Below, piece by piece: positions 60,601-61,846 of a stretch of 61,846 nucleotides of DNA (position 1 is its first letter; every line of letters starts with the position of its first letter). Origin of the DNA: a virus. A program made the position numbers and the translations under genes. A model generated the notes under the pieces. The model ran no database searches. It saw only the letters and a list, made by a program, of their open reading frames with translations, and was not told the DNA's origin. The stretch spans positions 1 through 61,846 of IMG/VR virus record IMGVR_UViG_3300033566_000071; one strand, written 5' to 3'.

Positions 60601-60844
60601 CTGCCTTCGATCCTTCTTTAAAGGCCTGGAAGGTGGAGCGCTCGTCCTCGACTTCAGGAGAAGACATTTGCCCGTTCTCATCGAAATCTGGGATTTGGAC
60701 GCCTTCAACAATAGGCGAAACGGGCGTCACTTCAGTGGTGTTAGCTTCTGGCGTCCCACTTTCATCGCCCACAATGTCAGGCACCTCAACGCCTTGGATG
60801 ATGGAGCTAATTGGTTCTTCTTCGTCGTTTGAAAAAACGCCCAT
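57647..60844 (-). CDS. Large (1065 aa) internal virion/ejection protein candidate
   Basis: Acidic repeated N-terminus followed by Gly-zipper hydrophobic segments (NLGAGFTAGSAAGSVIPGLGTALGAGAGTV, VAMAGVFATLGAASIASRVAG), then a long helical body. It is the last virion gene before the lysis genes. Confidence 0.5.
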   Translation of the reverse strand: MGVFSNDEEEPISSIIQGVEVPDIVGDESGTPEANTTEVTPVSPIVEGVQIPDFDENGQMSSPEVEDERSTFQAFKEGSKAGAQEAIAPFSMSADDRTKALGHSNAALAGYIVSNLGAGFTAGSAAGSVIPGLGTALGAGAGTVRALATIGPALYAVYAGLGRDRLRSQEAGEEWDPISGKGIATAALTIGTELNPLIKASSMPAAIIRGAAQVGGEALTEALHGGDKKSVAMAGVFATLGAASIASRVAGKGKIAESLVGESAENIGEALADNSRGYMSKAMAALKDEDLHMPREADKVPSEFKRYVLADAKAQLDGKQLDDAFNSAASKLTPEKLDDTYAMFKTQGVLTRIVEEDTAALNKGISSAPTLKDITKADQWLNPTLYVARAVDGATGLEVGQLYDKMNQTRHAFSNVSNTFAQDLYKVRRAADKLGLSGEDVFALIERKPTEGLTKAIAKHGQANIDVLRQDVVKHTDKLFGFLKELGYSPERRLDYMPHKAKNAVKLAVEVDDITDELKQSMAKEGLRTIDDIRLKPDSVSASHLDLLDSLAQRRIGQPIKEGGDIAKLKTALLSSKGQIGSTEELDKDISALFARKGEIAGRIQERNAWELLSGYVNENVRAAMYDDALKYGQTMVRALEVGGMPKASQFFKRYLADNMGNKWGLDGAMKNLRNQMEYKGTKMARDTTMNIFGRTAGKAVAELPEFAAWLNNQIYPAKLAFNVPGMIRNYTQFLMSTAPEVGGIYGSRLAVSSGLDTIKLSAANPGKLKSFLASKNLASEFFKGELENTATGVGRAKHYTDAMNEKMMTFYGASDTVNRIISYKMGQQIAKDLLAGNPDAAKFMKKADAGLKSVVKRAMLEGKGESAAENMGDAIGRYLISKTQFDFGKAAQSEMQRAVGPAFSMFTTWPINIAADVANTYREQGMKSGSAQVLRKYFAAYLMLAGASAWMEEHQNPLVQYLIGKPEEFAPIASILPKQSQGRSLASNPLVDTIGKTLAPLTSSDLSVKDRLKGSARNAISAAATSYTPIVAPVINEVQKFQRAFGKETIMQRAYNKLHLNKDE

Positions 60845-60862
60845 TCAGGCTACCCTCTTTTC

Positions 60863-61846
60863 TTATTTCTTAATTGTGGTGAAGGATTGCTGCAATATTT
60901 TGGCATAATCGGAGCGAGCCTTTGCATCGGCATCCCGTATTGATTTGCCTTGCTTCATATACTCAGCTGTCTTGGCACGGATGAATGTCCCTTGATTTTC
61001 GAGCACATCTCTAACTTGAGGGAATTGCTTGAGGGCTTCAATGTTCTTTTGCTGCTTTACGCCAGCCTTAACCACATCATCATAATCAGGGCCAGAGAAC
61101 ACACCTTGCCCGGCTTCCTGGTAGATTTTCGGACTCGCAACCATTCCGTAGCCACGCGCCTGCGCAATTTGAGCATCAAGCATCTGAAGCTTACCTACGG
61201 CCTCAGCCCTAGCATCATTGCCCTTTAGCCTACTAATCGCACCTGCGGTGCTCTGCCAAGCGGCAATGTTTTTATCAAGTTCAGATTCACGCTCTTTGGC
61301 CAAGCTTTCGACAGCGTCCTTACCGCCGCCGGCAGCACGCTCAGCGCGGGCCAGCATTTCATCATTCCACTTCATAAGGCTATCTTGATAGGTGCGCTCC
61401 TGCTGCTCATAATCTGTCTTATACCTAAGGCGCTGCCCCTCGTTCTGCCACTTTCTATAGGCCATTTCATACATGGCATTACGCTCTTGCTTCGATTCGC
61501 CCAGACGCTGCCGCTCTTTATTGAGCGCATCCATATCAACGCCATAGGCTTCTTTGGCTGCAGCAAGTGTGTTCGAGAGGTCACGCTGCACTTCGTTAAG
61601 CTTTTGGCTCCAGTCGGTGGTGTTGAATTTCACGCCACTGAGGTCCTGGCCAGACTGAAGGCCAATTGCACCGGCAGCTATAAGGCCAACAGCATTGACG
61701 ATTTTTTCTGTCAATTCCTTTTTAGCCACATTATCCGTCGCCACTTTATTGATGGCCATTAGGTCATCGATTTGCTGCTTGACGGCAGAAGCTTTAGCTT
61801 CAACCTTTTGCTGATTGCGATCCATCCCAGCTGAAATGTCACTATA
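60863..61846 (-). CDS. 3' half of the junction-spanning late gene (continues from 916..1)
   Basis: The ORF-track ATG at 61825 is an internal Met. The frame stays open to the window end (61846) and is in phase with 127..916. Confidence 0.8.
   Translation of the reverse strand, partial: YSDISAGMDRNQQKVEAKASAVKQQIDDLMAINKVATDNVAKKELTEKIVNAVGLIAAGAIGLQSGQDLSGVKFNTTDWSQKLNEVQRDLSNTLAAAKEAYGVDMDALNKERQRLGESKQERNAMYEMAYRKWQNEGQRLRYKTDYEQQERTYQDSLMKWNDEMLARAERAAGGGKDAVESLAKERESELDKNIAAWQSTAGAISRLKGNDARAEAVGKLQMLDAQIAQARGYGMVASPKIYQEAGQGVFSGPDYDDVVKAGVKQQKNIEALKQFPQVRDVLENQGTFIRAKTAEYMKQGKSIRDADAKARSDYAKILQQSFTTIKK
61720..61846. repeat. Terminal direct repeat, exact copy of 1..127
   Basis: Same as above. 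Unique genome length is therefore 61,719 bp. Confidence 0.97.

Noticed and set aside
1-61846. Stop-codon reassignment or an alternative genetic code in the late genes.
   Set aside because: Very long uninterrupted ORFs (1851, 1065, 1016 and 860 aa) and tidy stop/start overlaps under the standard bacterial code leave no sign of in-frame TAG or TGA read-through.
1-61846. tRNA genes, an integrase or lysogeny module, and virion or single-subunit RNA polymerase genes.
   Set aside because: No T-loop-like GTTCGAATC/GGTTCAAAT context appears in any intergenic gap. No tyrosine or serine recombinase motifs were seen. None of the giant ORFs shows polymerase-type DxDGD or T7-RNAP-like motifs by eye. This absence rests on reading only and should be confirmed with tRNAscan-SE and profile searches.

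Overview
The window is one complete, circularly closed genome of a tailed dsDNA phage. The unique length is 61,719 bp, and the last 127 bp repeat the first 127 bp exactly. Two divergent transcription arms leave a noncoding control region of about 0.8 kb at 26.84-27.71 kb.

(1) The minus-strand late arm runs 26.8 kb -> 1, crosses the contig junction, and ends at 56.7 kb. In order it carries terS-like, terL, portal, scaffold, major capsid, a tail fibre with tandem repeats, a LamG protein, an adaptor-like protein and an 1851-aa nozzle-like giant. Five consecutive Q/A-rich or Gly-zipper internal (ejection-type) proteins follow. It ends with a holin, a spanin-like protein and an M15 endolysin.

(2) The plus-strand early/middle arm (27.7-56.7 kb) holds about 75 mostly small genes chained by ATGA stop/start overlaps. 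Recognisable products are an SF2 helicase, a DinG-like helicase, a Cas4-like nuclease, an SSB, a family-A DNA polymerase, MazG-like, DUF1599-like and ThyX-like proteins, a P-loop kinase-like protein, a metallophosphoesterase, HNH proteins and a SLOG/DUF2493-like protein.

The arms converge with overlapping 3' ends at 56706-56744. The structural gene order is T7-like (podovirus-like). I saw no phage RNAP, primase, integrase, tRNA, CRISPR array or reverse transcriptase.

Candidates most worth follow-up:
- a lysis cassette whose spanin-position protein has an N-terminal anchor or signal plus a C-terminal OMP-type beta-signal
- an exported lipoprotein-type ClpP-like protease, together with two clusters of tiny membrane proteins and lipoproteins in the early arm
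- a 470-nt ORF-free structured island between the portal and scaffold genes
- an operator-like palindrome array in the divergent control region
- a recurrent 16-nt gene-junction cassette, GGAGGAGGATGTATGA
- a dispersed nucleotide-pool gene set (ThyX-like behind a terminator, MazG, DUF1599-like, kinase-like, SLOG)

All functional calls come from reading motifs in the supplied translations. No searches were run.
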